The notes: generated by a model from the sequence alone, not told the origin. A stretch of DNA of 64,000 nt from Bacteriovoracia bacterium (GCA_050251055.1 JBFWNL010000004.1:32001-96000), one strand, 5' to 3'. Positions 26,714 to 39,080 are shown, counted from the first letter of the stretch. Numbers and translations: made by a program.

Positions 26714-28678
26714 CTACCGGGGTACGCGAAACCACCGCAGATCCCGGGCCATGCCATCAGAATCCCGATCCCGCATGGGAAGAATGTCTCCGTTCGCGGC
26801 GAAGCTCAGCTCCTTGATAAACATCGTCCGGCAAAAACGATTCGTGCAGCTCGCGGTGGAAAAGAGCGCATGAAAAACGGCGTAGTATTGATAGGTGTTT
26901 CCCACTTGGGTCTCGAAGACTTCTCCACCGCCGTAATAAATGCCGTCCGCCGCGAGACGATTCGTGCCCGCAAGTAGGAGCCGTTCTTGGGTGTCGCTCG
27001 CCTGAGTCCAATTGTAGGCACCCAGTGTTGCTCCGATCGCCGTGTCGCCTTTTTTGTAGAACATCGCGTAAGCAGCGCTATCGGCGGTATTGCGGCTGTA
27101 GACGGAGTAGTACTTTCCGTTATTGCGGTTATAGAACATCGCACCGCCTTCGGCCACCGCCGCTCCTTGACCCCAGGCCGCGCCACCGATGGTCATACGC
27201 CCTTCGGGCACGTTCGAACCTTCGACGACCAAGTTTGTGTTCTTGTGATAGGCGACGGGGTAGGGTTCCGGATGCGGGGACTGGCCGTCGAAGAAAGCGC
27301 CTCGCATCGGGTGCATGGCGGTGTGATTGCCACGCAAGATATCGCTCGCCGGGGTTGAACCCCACGACACCCAGTTGTAAAGCATCCAGGTCAACCCTCC
27401 CGGCGCGGGATCACGGAACACGGAAGGCCCCAGCGCGGCGGCCGTTTGATCGATGTGCCCGGCGCCGACGTCGTTGCGATTGTGCCCCATGCGCAAGTAG
27501 CTACGCTGGGCGTAGTGGGGGGCCACGAAGAGCTCGGGGCTCACGAAGCTCGGGATGAACCGGGCCGCCAGCGGCGCGCTCACCGCGCGACCGCCGTCTA
27601 AGCGAAGGTTACCGGCGCCGTCATCATAGCCCAGCCAGCTTGGCTCGTGCGCACGCGATGGCGCGGCGGCGAAAGTGCTGGTGGCGTTTTCGAGATCGCT
27701 CGTCGGAATCGTCACGAACTGGATTCCCTGGAAAAAGTGCGAATAGTCCTCGGCATTGTAGGGCGCGGGCAACCCGTTGCCGTTGCAGTACATCCCGGCC
27801 CGGCACTCCGTAGTGGTAAAATACAACCGCACTACGCCCGGATTGGCGGGATCGTAATCCAAATGCGCGTCCCAAATGTGACGAAACGATCGCCGTCCCC
27901 CCGGAAAACCGGGACGATTATAGAGAGTGAGTAATCCATCGTCGCCGTCCTGATCCGCCGGAAACGCATACATGTGAAAATTCCAGTTCACGAGGTCCGA
28001 CGACCGCCAGATGTGAATGTTGCTGGTGGGCTCGGACGTGCCAGTCAAGTAGTACCAGCTTCCGATTTTTTTGACTTGGGGATCCGCGAGAATCCGAGGA
28101 TCTGTCATTTCAGAGTTGGACGCGAAGTTGTACCGGGTCACGTTACCGACGGTGCGTCGATTCGGAATCAGGCAATACTCGCCTGCGTCGCTAGCCGCGT
28201 AGCTGGCATCGACGGCGTAGCTTCCGAGTAATTGTTTTTTTGGGCACGGGCTGAAGTTGAACGCCCGGCTGGACTGCGTCGACAACCCGTCGCGGTTGAC
28301 TTGCCGGACGCTGACCGTACGGCTACCGGGATTGCCCGTAAAAGCTAAACTGAAAGAAACAGTACCGTTTGGGCATCCTAATGCAGCCGGCGAGCTCTGT
28401 CCCGCAACGGGGGTCACCGTCACCGTGCCACCTTGGCGATCGCAAGTCACGCTAAAGGAAAAACTTACCCCCTCGGTGCGCGAATTCGCGGCCGGCGTCG
28501 CGAAAGCCACGGCAACGGCGCCCGTAGAACTGGTTTGAATAGGATTGACGGCGGGCTGAGGCATGCGGCCGACGGATCCGGTCCGCGACGAATCGGTTTC
28601 TTCCTTCACGCAACCCGCAAAGGAAAGCGAAAATAAAATGGGAATCCAGACGGTGGTCCACGTGGCTTTTCGATACAT
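26714..28678 (-). CDS. Lipoprotein with Ig-like region and GH43-like beta-propeller glycoside hydrolase domain
   Basis: Lipobox FAGC; ADPQV....WYYLTGT, SSDLVNW, IWDAHL, VAEGG...GKYY.VYS, YAVFH. Confidence 0.7.
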   Translation of the reverse strand: MYRKATWTTVWIPILFSLSFAGCVKEETDSSRTGSVGRMPQPAVNPIQTSSTGAVAVAFATPAANSRTEGVSFSFSVTCDRQGGTVTVTPVAGQSSPAALGCPNGTVSFSLAFTGNPGSRTVSVRQVNRDGLSTQSSRAFNFSPCPKKQLLGSYAVDASYAASDAGEYCLIPNRRTVGNVTRYNFASNSEMTDPRILADPQVKKIGSWYYLTGTSEPTSNIHIWRSSDLVNWNFHMYAFPADQDGDDGLLTLYNRPGFPGGRRSFRHIWDAHLDYDPANPGVVRLYFTTTECRAGMYCNGNGLPAPYNAEDYSHFFQGIQFVTIPTSDLENATSTFAAAPSRAHEPSWLGYDDGAGNLRLDGGRAVSAPLAARFIPSFVSPELFVAPHYAQRSYLRMGHNRNDVGAGHIDQTAAALGPSVFRDPAPGGLTWMLYNWVSWGSTPASDILRGNHTAMHPMRGAFFDGQSPHPEPYPVAYHKNTNLVVEGSNVPEGRMTIGGAAWGQGAAVAEGGAMFYNRNNGKYYSVYSRNTADSAAYAMFYKKGDTAIGATLGAYNWTQASDTQERLLLAGTNRLAADGIYYGGGEVFETQVGNTYQYYAVFHALFSTASCTNRFCRTMFIKELSFAANGDILPMRDRDSDGMARDLRWFRVPR

Positions 28679-28912
28679 AAAAAACCTCTCTCGTTCTTTA
28701 ACGAAACTGGCTTAATTGCACCGAATACCCCGTACGCACTCTGAGAGTGCAACGCGCGGACCAAGCGATTGCAGCCGTGAATGGCTTGAATTTATTGATG
28801 AGTTTCCTAAAAAAACCGTCAAACAACCAGACAGGGGTGACTACCTGTTTTAAGTGTCCGCGCCGACACAGGGAGGAGGGTAAATCCGTGCGCCGTTTTA
28901 TAAAGACACGCG

Positions 28913-29782
28913 CTACTTGGCGCCTACGATCTTTAGGAACTTCTCGATTGCGGGCTGCATCTCGCCCGCGCTCACCCGGCGCTCCATCTCGTCGCGCTCG
29001 GACTCGACGGCCTTGGCTTCGTAGCCCGCGAGCACGGCATCGGGGATGATTCCGCTGCCCGGATCGAAATAAGACGATGAAATGATCACGGTGCCCCCAT
29101 CGAAAGGCCGGAACCAGATCGTGCCCGCGTTTTCCTTGAAACGATCCGACTCGGTCATCTCGAACTCGAGCCGGTAATTGGGCGCGCCGAACGGCCGGTA
29201 GTCGATGCGGTACTTCGCGCGGCCGAAGGCGAGAATTTCCGCCACGTAATCGACCGATATCTTGGGCTTGGCGCCGGAAGCGCGGGTCGGCTTCGCCGAA
29301 CGGATGCCGGGCACGACACCGACGGCGGAATCGAAGTCCGACCAAACGGCGATCGCCTGTAGCGGCGTGACCTTGGCCTTTTGCAAAATGGTGATCGTGC
29401 TACGAGGTTTGCCTTCGACGGGCGAGCGGAACTTTAGTGATTTACCGGCCTTCAGATCCCGCATCGAATCCTCGGGCAGGTTATCGAGGCTCACCGGAAT
29501 TTCCTGCCCGTCGTCCTTGATCTCGATCAGGTCGGGCGCGAGCGAATCACGCAGCGAGCGGGCGATGCCGGAAATTTCGCGCAGCGATTGCGCGAGCGAG
29601 CGCATCTCGTCGACCATGGCGCGGATATACTCGCGATCCCGTTCCAGTTCTTCCGCCATGCGCTTGGTGCTTTGATCCATGGACTCGACATGAGTGTAGA
29701 GCTTCCCGCAGCCAAACTGCGTGGAGACCGATAGTCCGAACAAAAAGATGCCTAAAACTGCCAAAACCGAGGTGCGTTTCAT
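28913..29782 (-). CDS. Lipoprotein with coiled coil and START/SRPBCC-like domain
   Basis: Lipobox FGC; AVWSDFD....VPGI...GTIWFRPFDGGTVI pattern resembles the polyketide cyclase/START fold. Confidence 0.55.
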   Translation of the reverse strand: MKRTSVLAVLGIFLFGLSVSTQFGCGKLYTHVESMDQSTKRMAEELERDREYIRAMVDEMRSLAQSLREISGIARSLRDSLAPDLIEIKDDGQEIPVSLDNLPEDSMRDLKAGKSLKFRSPVEGKPRSTITILQKAKVTPLQAIAVWSDFDSAVGVVPGIRSAKPTRASGAKPKISVDYVAEILAFGRAKYRIDYRPFGAPNYRLEFEMTESDRFKENAGTIWFRPFDGGTVIISSSYFDPGSGIIPDAVLAGYEAKAVESERDEMERRVSAGEMQPAIEKFLKIVGAK

Positions 29783-29839
29783 GTCCCGCGGGTTTTAGTA
29801 TAAATGACGAAAGGGGTCAATCTTAGGGATTACGTAGAA

Positions 29840-30586
29840 TTAGAGCTGAAAGAGGCGAACCACGAGCGGCCAAGTTACCGTATGTGTGGCTGAATTCCCC
29901 CAAGCGCGCCGGATCGCCTCGGCCGCCGGGGGAAGGGGGTCCTGGCCCTGTCTTTGGATATAAGTAGCGAGCGCCGACCACGTACCCAGGTAGCCCACCA
30001 TCTGCTCACAGGTCCACTCGGCAGCCATCTCAAAAGTCGGCGCAGAGATGGCAGGAAACGGAACCTCAATGCTGCGATAACCCTCTTCCACCCAACGCCG
30101 CTCGGGCTCCCAGTAGCTCCCCAGGACACCGCTATAGAAAGCGCCGACGGCGGCGTCGACTTCGGGCGTGACCCGGGCGTTGGCGTACGACCAGATCGCC
30201 AAGTGCGCGCCCGGTCGCGCGACTCGACGCACTTCTGTGTAAAACTCCGCATGCCGAAACCAATGAAACGCTTGGGCGACCGTAACGAGATCCACGCTGC
30301 CCGCCACTAGCGAGGTGCGCTCGGCGGGCTCCACCCGGTACTCCACGCGCGGATGAGCGGGCGCCGAGCGGATCTGCTTCTCGCTCGGATCGGTGGCGAT
30401 GACCCGGGAAAAATCCTGCGCCAGTTCGATCGCGGCTTGCCCATTGCCCGTTCCGCAATCCCAGACCAGCGCGCGCTCGCGAGCAGTCCGAGCCAGAAAC
30501 TGGAACAGCGCTTTCGGATAAGTCGGTCGATACCTCGCGTAGTCCGAGGCCTGGGTCGAGAACAGGTCTTTAAACGGCTTTTTCAA
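29840..30586 (-). CDS. Class I SAM-dependent methyltransferase
   Basis: YARYRPTYP, WDCGTGNGQAA, DLVTVAQAFHWF. Confidence 0.9.
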   Translation of the reverse strand: MKKPFKDLFSTQASDYARYRPTYPKALFQFLARTARERALVWDCGTGNGQAAIELAQDFSRVIATDPSEKQIRSAPAHPRVEYRVEPAERTSLVAGSVDLVTVAQAFHWFRHAEFYTEVRRVARPGAHLAIWSYANARVTPEVDAAVGAFYSGVLGSYWEPERRWVEEGYRSIEVPFPAISAPTFEMAAEWTCEQMVGYLGTWSALATYIQRQGQDPLPPAAEAIRRAWGNSATHTVTWPLVVRLFQL

Positions 30587-32717
30587 GGAGGATCTCTTTC
30601 CACTGGGTTTCGCGTTCGACCCAGAGTCGATCCATCGCTTCTAACATCTGCCGCCACGCTTGACTATCGGGTTCATCGGGGCCGAAGCGGAGCCGTTCGT
30701 CGAGCGCGTACCAATCACGCCAAGCCGCATGCCCGCGGGTCGCCTGCTCGTCCGCCTTCCCACACTTTTCCCGCAGTCGCGCCAACCGCGCCCGGCGCTT
30801 GCGGAGTTCGCGGAGATCGCCGCGATCCACCGATCGGGTCCGACGAAACCCCCGTCCTCTCGGAGTCCACCGGCGAAAATTCCGCACCAGGATCACCCCT
30901 AGGCCAATCAGGCAAACGACTACGAGAGCGAGCTCAAAAGACAACGAATGGTCTTTGTCATCGAATGCAGGAGGCTCTGATGCCTCCGACGGGCTCCCTT
31001 TGGACCCAAACGGGGAAAGATCCTGGATACCGCCCCACAGAACGCTCCACGCCATCTCGCCCGCCTGCTTCTGCTCGCCGGCATCGAAGCTCACGACGTA
31101 CTTGTTCCAATACGCAGCCAAGTATTCTTGGGTTTCCTGCACGAGATCCCACGCGTTGCGCTGAAAGTCGACCCGCTGGGGCGTGGGATCGTAGGGACGC
31201 CACCCGGTTTCGCGATCCCAGTACTCGACCCAGGCATGGCCGTCGCCGGTGCGATAGACGATCACGTCGCCCAGAGGGGGCCGACCGCTGCGAAATCCCG
31301 CCACCAAGCGTGTCGGCACGCCCGCTAGACGTAGGAGCAGGGTCGAAGCGGAAGCGAACATCTCGCAGTGACCGGCCTTCTTTCGAAGGAGAAATTCTTC
31401 CAGATTGGCGACTCCCCGGTTGTTCTCCGCCGTCGTAAGATTCGACTGATCGCCGCTTCCCACGAACTTTTCTCGGATGAAATACTCCCGAAGCAACGAG
31501 ATCTTCTCAGCGGTGCCAGTCGCACCCCCGAAGATCCGCTTGGCCAACTTCGGCCAAACCGAGCCAGGGGCGCGGAGCGCCTCGGGAACGGAAAGATCCA
31601 CCTCGGACACCGTCGTGTTTTCCCGGATCGTGGTGGATACGTGCACTTGGTACTGCAAGCGTTTACGCGCGCTCCCTGGGCTGAACCAGCTGCCGTCGTG
31701 GTGACGGGAGAGCACTTGGAAGTTCGAGTTGTAATTCATCTCGAGATAACGCGATCCATAAGGCGCCGGGATCACGGGATTGTCGATCGGCTCGCGGATG
31801 AATTCCAGCGACCATCCCGCCGCGACCGGGCCGGCGATATTGCGGCCCTTCCAAAAATTTTTCCGATTGTATTTGGATGACCAGCGGTTCCCGTCGAAGT
31901 GATTGAGCGTTTTCCCGCGCAAGTACCGGGTAGCTAGCCAGATGCGCGAAGTATCGGCAGCGTAACGGGAAGGAATGAATAGCCTAACCGCGGCCACGCC
32001 CCCTCCTTCACCACTGAGCCTAGTCCAATTGCTCAAGTCGACGCTGTCCGTGTAACCGACCTTGCCTTCCTGCACCGCCGAGGATCCCGGAAACGGGAAG
32101 CTGAACGACTGGTTCGTGCGCGGTAGTACAGGAAAGATCAAGATACTGATGAAAAATACGAGCACCGCGATAAACACCCCGTGACTCAAAAAACCAGGCG
32201 GGGAAGGGCGATCAAGCATCGGGGGAGCCCACTCGCCCAGCTCGCGCTCCAGAAAGTTGCACGTAATCATCAAGGAGCCGAGGACGACATAGACGAAGAG
32301 AATCGCCCCGAGGTACAAATCCGGGGTCAGCGAAGTCGCCAGCACGAGTTCGATAAAGCCTATCCCCAACCGCCAGTTCTTGTTGCGCGGCGTATTCGAG
32401 AGAAACCAAAGCATCGCGTGAATCACGGGGGCCACATATGCGGCCAGCAAGATCGGGTGCAGGTGCGCGCGGGTTCCCAGGCCGACGGTGACGAGCAAGA
32501 TGACTGGGAGGAAAAATAACCACCACCGATCGTTCAAGCGACGAGATGAAAGCCCTGGCCAGCGCGCCGCCGAGCGTAGCCACGCCCACCGCGCGAACGC
32601 CACGCCCGCCAAGCCGAAGAACAACCAAGGCGAAATTTCGTCGGTACCCGCGAGCGCGTGCAGCGCCAACGCGTCCAAGCCACGGGTAAGCCAAAGGGAG
32701 ATTTGACCGATCGTCAT
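30570..32717 (-). CDS. DUF3488 + transglutaminase-like domain membrane protein (TgpA-like)
   Basis: N-terminal TM bundle; GHCEMFASA...GVPTRLVAGF...HAWVE...YDPTP catalytic triad; ATG 32717 overlaps the upstream stop. Confidence 0.88.
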   Translation of the reverse strand: MTIGQISLWLTRGLDALALHALAGTDEISPWLFFGLAGVAFARWAWLRSAARWPGLSSRRLNDRWWLFFLPVILLVTVGLGTRAHLHPILLAAYVAPVIHAMLWFLSNTPRNKNWRLGIGFIELVLATSLTPDLYLGAILFVYVVLGSLMITCNFLERELGEWAPPMLDRPSPPGFLSHGVFIAVLVFFISILIFPVLPRTNQSFSFPFPGSSAVQEGKVGYTDSVDLSNWTRLSGEGGGVAAVRLFIPSRYAADTSRIWLATRYLRGKTLNHFDGNRWSSKYNRKNFWKGRNIAGPVAAGWSLEFIREPIDNPVIPAPYGSRYLEMNYNSNFQVLSRHHDGSWFSPGSARKRLQYQVHVSTTIRENTTVSEVDLSVPEALRAPGSVWPKLAKRIFGGATGTAEKISLLREYFIREKFVGSGDQSNLTTAENNRGVANLEEFLLRKKAGHCEMFASASTLLLRLAGVPTRLVAGFRSGRPPLGDVIVYRTGDGHAWVEYWDRETGWRPYDPTPQRVDFQRNAWDLVQETQEYLAAYWNKYVVSFDAGEQKQAGEMAWSVLWGGIQDLSPFGSKGSPSEASEPPAFDDKDHSLSFELALVVVCLIGLGVILVRNFRRWTPRGRGFRRTRSVDRGDLRELRKRRARLARLREKCGKADEQATRGHAAWRDWYALDERLRFGPDEPDSQAWRQMLEAMDRLWVERETQWKEILLEKAV

Positions 32718-33634
32718 CGCGGCTTGTCCCCCCGCAAAGTCGCCAGCAGATTCAAGACCCGCGCGCCCCCTTCGTAACGGCGCTTCCCCTGCGCGTCGAC
32801 CAGGATCAGGCTGCCTTGGTGGAATTCGTTGGTCCGCTTGCGCGAGCCGTCCGCGTAAAAGCAGCTCGCCGCCGCGGAAATGCGCCGCTCGAACTCGGCG
32901 CCTTCGGGCAGCCGAGCGTCGAGTAAAAGCTCCACCGACTCGGCCCGGGCCCGCCGCACCCGCACCAGCGGCTCGCCGCGCATTTCGCTCAGACTCCAAA
33001 TCACGTACCGATAGTCATCTCCCGGCTGGATGGCGCGCACTTCCCCTTCGGAGAAATCACCGCCGACCGCGCGGCGCGAGACCGCCCGTTCGCCCCCGCC
33101 CGCGGAGGGCGTGGCGCTAGCGAGTGTTTCGCGCGTCCGCTCTGGCCACACCAGCCGCGTCCCCGGCGAGGCGAACCATCGTATTTTTTTGGCAAACCCG
33201 AACGGATACCGGGTGGCGCAAGCATGGCCTTCCCAGCTGACCTCGCCTCGGCGAGCGTAGGCGTAGGCGGAAATATGCTCCACACTGCCCCGCGGAGGGA
33301 GAAAGGGAACGAAGAGATGCGGAATGAACTCGCCCCCGCGCACTTCGCCGACTTCCAGGCAAAATATCGGAAGCGAGCGGCGGTTATGGATCTTGATCCG
33401 ATCGCGGCAGGGTTCGCCGGCGATGGTCGGGGTGCGGCGCCACTCGATGTCAACGGCGGAAATCGCGCGCTCGGACAGGATGCCCGAGAGAATCAGCCCC
33501 CCTAGCAGAAAGCTTTCCAAAAGATAAAGAATATTGTTCGACGTTACGATTGCCACCACTCCCATGGCGATGGTCAGGGCAAGATACCAGTGACCGGAGG
33601 TGGAAACTTTCAATTTTCGGCGGGAAGGCTTCAC
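32714..33634 (-). CDS. DUF58 family protein
   Basis: Two N-terminal TMs with NN.LYLL, RG...TRYPFGF, VRAIQPGDDYR.V.W; GTG 33634 overlaps the MoxR stop (GTGA). Confidence 0.85.
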   Translation of the reverse strand: MKPSRRKLKVSTSGHWYLALTIAMGVVAIVTSNNILYLLESFLLGGLILSGILSERAISAVDIEWRRTPTIAGEPCRDRIKIHNRRSLPIFCLEVGEVRGGEFIPHLFVPFLPPRGSVEHISAYAYARRGEVSWEGHACATRYPFGFAKKIRWFASPGTRLVWPERTRETLASATPSAGGGERAVSRRAVGGDFSEGEVRAIQPGDDYRYVIWSLSEMRGEPLVRVRRARAESVELLLDARLPEGAEFERRISAAASCFYADGSRKRTNEFHQGSLILVDAQGKRRYEGGARVLNLLATLRGDKPR

Positions 33635-34617
33635 TTGGGTACCGGCGTCTCGCGCAGGATCTCCAGGATGATATTGCGCTTCGGCGCCATTTCCCAAATG
33701 CCTTCCAGGCGCAAGCGATGCGCGAGCACCGGCACGGCCAAATCCTGCACGTCTTTCGGCGTGACGAAATCGCGACCCCGCAGATAGGCGATCGCCCGCA
33801 CCGCGGACAAGAACTGCAGACCTGCCCGAACGGAAACCCCGCCGGAGATATCGGGGCGCACCCGGGTTTTCTTCACCAACTCGAATGCGTAGGTAAGCAA
33901 GCTGTTTTCCAGGAAAGTTTTCTGCGCGGCCTCGCGCAGGGAGTTCAGCTCGGCGACGGTGAACATCGGTCGGGACTTCGCGGCGCCCCCTTCGACCAAC
34001 TCGAGCTTCGTCTCCCGGCGTTCGCCCTGCCGAGTGGATTGATAAAGCCGAAGCTCGTCTTGCTCCGCCGGCAGGTCCATGGTCACTTCGAGCATGAAGC
34101 GATCGAGCTGGCTCTCCGCCAGCGGGTACACGCCGTGGGACTCCAGCGGGTTTTGGGTGGCAATCACGAAAAAGGGATGCGGCAGCGCGTGCGTCCGTCC
34201 GTCGACGGTCACACATCCTTCGGCCATCGCCTCGAGCAGCGCGGCTTGGGTCTTCGGGCTGGTGCGGTTGAGTTCGTCGGCCAGCACGATATTGGCGAAA
34301 ATGGGGCCTTGGCGAAACTCGAACTCGCGCCCACCCAACGCGGGGCGAATGACGCCGACGATCTCCCCGGGTAGCAGGTCGCTCGTCATTTGTACTCGCG
34401 AGAAGGTTCCATCAAAGAGCAGGGCGAGTTCACGCGCGAGCGTGGTTTTGCCCACGCCGGGTGGGCCCTCGAGCAGCAGGTGGCCCCCCGCCAGCAGGGT
34501 CGTCAACGCCAGCTCGGTCGCGGCTTCCTGGCCCCAAACTCGGGCACGTAGGCGCTCGAGGGCGGAATTCAATACCAGCTGGGAATCGTCCTTTTTCGGC
34601 GCTACGGAAGAGCTCAC
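33631..34617 (-). CDS. MoxR family AAA+ ATPase
   Basis: GHLLLEGPPGVGKT, DLLPGEI.G, LADELNRTSPKTQAALLEAM, ATQNP.E..GVYPL.ESQLDRF. Confidence 0.93.
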   Translation of the reverse strand: MSSSVAPKKDDSQLVLNSALERLRARVWGQEAATELALTTLLAGGHLLLEGPPGVGKTTLARELALLFDGTFSRVQMTSDLLPGEIVGVIRPALGGREFEFRQGPIFANIVLADELNRTSPKTQAALLEAMAEGCVTVDGRTHALPHPFFVIATQNPLESHGVYPLAESQLDRFMLEVTMDLPAEQDELRLYQSTRQGERRETKLELVEGGAAKSRPMFTVAELNSLREAAQKTFLENSLLTYAFELVKKTRVRPDISGGVSVRAGLQFLSAVRAIAYLRGRDFVTPKDVQDLAVPVLAHRLRLEGIWEMAPKRNIILEILRETPVPK

Positions 34618-34639
34618 GGCAAATCTCCTCTATGGAACC

Positions 34640-34667
34640 GTATCGGCAGAAACTTCCAGTTTCTTTA
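34640..34667 (-). promoter_or_regulatory. Sigma28 (FliA)-type promoter of the MoxR operon
   Basis: TAAA-N16-GCCGATAC on the minus strand, followed by GAGGAG RBS and GTG 34617. Confidence 0.65.
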
Positions 34668-34777
34668 ACTTCCTGTAATTATTATATATTTATTAGCTTG
34701 TTGCTTTGCATTATATCCGTTAAACAATGCGTTAAATTGAGTACAGGAAGACTCGGGTAAGAGAGGAAACTTTCAGA

Positions 34778-36991
34778 ATGTCGCAACGTGCTCGTCGGGT
34801 GAGTTGGGGAGTCATTATATCCATGAGTTTATTGGGGGGTCTGGCGATCTCCGGGGGAACGGCGCTGGCCGGCCCTGAAGGCGCCGTGCAGGCGGTGGAG
34901 AAGACTCTCCGTCAGCTCCTCGAAAGCCAGGTAGTAAAAAGAGCCTTGCAGGAATCCGATCTCGGCAAACGCATCATCAACCGCGTGCGCCCGATTCGGG
35001 ATACGAGCCGCATCAGCGACGTCATGTACGCTTCCTTCGTGGACCGCATCACGAGCTCGGGACTAACCGACGACGTGATTCGCCTACGCGAAGAGCTGAC
35101 GATTGCCCTGCGCAAGGGCCTTCGTAGCGAAGGCGTCACCTCGGAGCTTCTCCTTAACGAACTTCGCGGCAATGCCTCAATCGCCGAAATCGTGGCCAAG
35201 CAAGGGCCTCGGATCGACGTTAGCGCAATGGGACCCGTGAGTAAGACCGGCAAAACCGCGCGCTGGCAAGACGCCGTAGCCAAGGGCCGCCGAGCCGAAC
35301 CCGTGGGAGTAACGGCCGAGGCCGAATTAGCCGCGGGCCCCGCGGGATTCACCTTCGACGCGACGGCCGAACTACGGCAAAGCATCACCGCCATGGCCGC
35401 GGAAGCCACGAGCGACGTTCCAGCCGACCTCAATCAGCTGCGCATGAAATTCTTCGCCCGCAGCGCGCATACGATGCGCGCCTATTGGAACGTTGGGCAC
35501 TATGCGAACGAGATGCTCGCCGCGCTTGCGAAAGCTAAGGAAATCACCGCCGAACAGTTGCTTTTCCTGCGGCAGCTCATGCGGGAAATCAAGGTACTCA
35601 ATCCGGTCGCGCGGAACCGCCTCCTATTTCAGGCCTTCGCGAATGAAATAGACTCTTCCTCCGACACCTTCCGCTACGCGCTGTTGAATCGCGCTACGGA
35701 AAAAGAAATGATCCGCTTCGCGGAAGGCAAGCTGGGCATCGACGAAATCGTGGGTATCCGCAAGCAGGTCGCGCAATCATCGGTGGATGACATTGAAAAA
35801 GTTATCGCCGGTGAAAAGGATGTGAGTGAACTGGGAGGCGCGGCCGCCGTGGGCGCCGAAGACGCGGGCCGAGACATCGGCCAGATCACCAAAGACCTCT
35901 TGGGCCGTATCCGTAACGGCCTGAATGACGAGCCGGCAGGCGCCGGATTGGGTTTTAATGACGTCGTTTGGACGGCCGAGAAGCGCATGCTGGAAATCCT
36001 CCGGGATTGTCGGAAGTTCGCCACCGGAGGACAAATTAAAGTCTTCCACGACCGCATCAACGACTTGAAGCAGCAGCTGGCGGATGTGGACGACGCCATC
36101 CGTGGCCTGAACGCGGAAGTGGACTCGCTCCAAAGTCAGCTCAAGATGGCGCAGGACGCCTTCAATAAAGGGCTGCCGCACCCATCTTATAGTATTGCAG
36201 AACTCGAAGCGAAGATCACCGCCATCGTCGAGAGCCCGAAGTACAAGTTCGATCTGCGCGAATTTACCCAGCGCCGTGGCAGCATCAAACGCATGATGTC
36301 GGACGAGGCCAACACCATGGTTCGCGCCTACCTGCGCTATATCGAAAATTACGAGAGTTTGAACTTCTTCGTGAATATCGACCAGGGACTCATCGGAAGC
36401 TATCGGGTCCTTGCGATTGACATGGCGAACATCTTCAAGCTGCCAATGGAAGAAGCCGCCACGCTCAAGAAGATATTCGAAGACGTCTACGGACCGGTGG
36501 TTAATGATTTAGTCCGCCACGAGCTGGGCTTGCTGAAAGATCACCTCCAAGGCGGCACGCGTCGCTTCGTGCGGGAGCTAAACAAACTCACGCAAACTCA
36601 CCTCGACAAGAAGTTCACCGATACCCTCTTAGGCCAGGAGTTCGTGGGCTTCCAGAGCCACCTCTACGTCACGATCGGGAAGCGCTTGGTAGCCGCCGGG
36701 ATCCCGACCACGATTGTCGCCACGGCCGGCACGCTGGCGTACAAGAAGCTGATGCACGCCATGGGGTGGACCGATGAGGACATGCCGGATGGCGGCATTA
36801 ATGAAGATACCGTGAAGCCCGATCAGAAACCGGAAACGTCTGGGGATGAGCCTACGAGTGAGACAGAGCAGCAGCCGGACGGCCAAACCAAGGACAAGGA
36901 AGATACACGCGTCGTTCTACCCACAGCGTCGAAGGAAGACGCACCAGATCCCCTAGACGACGACAGCCGTGATGGCGAAACCTTCCCCTAG
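34778..36991 (+). CDS. Large hypothetical secreted helical protein
   Basis: GAGGA RBS, signal peptide ending ALA, coiled coil, C-terminal hydrophobic segment and acidic tail. Confidence 0.7.
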   Translation: MSQRARRVSWGVIISMSLLGGLAISGGTALAGPEGAVQAVEKTLRQLLESQVVKRALQESDLGKRIINRVRPIRDTSRISDVMYASFVDRITSSGLTDDVIRLREELTIALRKGLRSEGVTSELLLNELRGNASIAEIVAKQGPRIDVSAMGPVSKTGKTARWQDAVAKGRRAEPVGVTAEAELAAGPAGFTFDATAELRQSITAMAAEATSDVPADLNQLRMKFFARSAHTMRAYWNVGHYANEMLAALAKAKEITAEQLLFLRQLMREIKVLNPVARNRLLFQAFANEIDSSSDTFRYALLNRATEKEMIRFAEGKLGIDEIVGIRKQVAQSSVDDIEKVIAGEKDVSELGGAAAVGAEDAGRDIGQITKDLLGRIRNGLNDEPAGAGLGFNDVVWTAEKRMLEILRDCRKFATGGQIKVFHDRINDLKQQLADVDDAIRGLNAEVDSLQSQLKMAQDAFNKGLPHPSYSIAELEAKITAIVESPKYKFDLREFTQRRGSIKRMMSDEANTMVRAYLRYIENYESLNFFVNIDQGLIGSYRVLAIDMANIFKLPMEEAATLKKIFEDVYGPVVNDLVRHELGLLKDHLQGGTRRFVRELNKLTQTHLDKKFTDTLLGQEFVGFQSHLYVTIGKRLVAAGIPTTIVATAGTLAYKKLMHAMGWTDEDMPDGGINEDTVKPDQKPETSGDEPTSETEQQPDGQTKDKEDTRVVLPTASKEDAPDPLDDDSRDGETFP

Positions 36992-37046
36992 GGGCGGGCA
37001 GGAGAACCCACTGGCGCAATCCGCGGGGCCTTGCTAGAAATCGGAC

Positions 37047-39080
<2,034 letters not shown>

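Noticed and set aside
28870-29049. GGAGG followed by GTG opening an Arg-rich plus-strand ORF
   Set aside because: Runs antisense into the 28913-29782 lipoprotein gene and has shadow-ORF composition
21024-29800. Integrative element or prophage at tRNA-Asn (likewise at tRNA-Ala)
   Set aside because: No integrase, no phage genes and no duplicated tRNA 3' end found by eye; treated only as variable regions
32718-34216. Extended N-termini in the ORF track for the transglutaminase (32999) and DUF58 (34216) genes; similarly rsgA (42623), 46854, 54212, 57550 and 8453
   Set aside because: Extensions overlap neighbouring real genes; internal starts with stop/start coupling, RBS or -10 elements fit better
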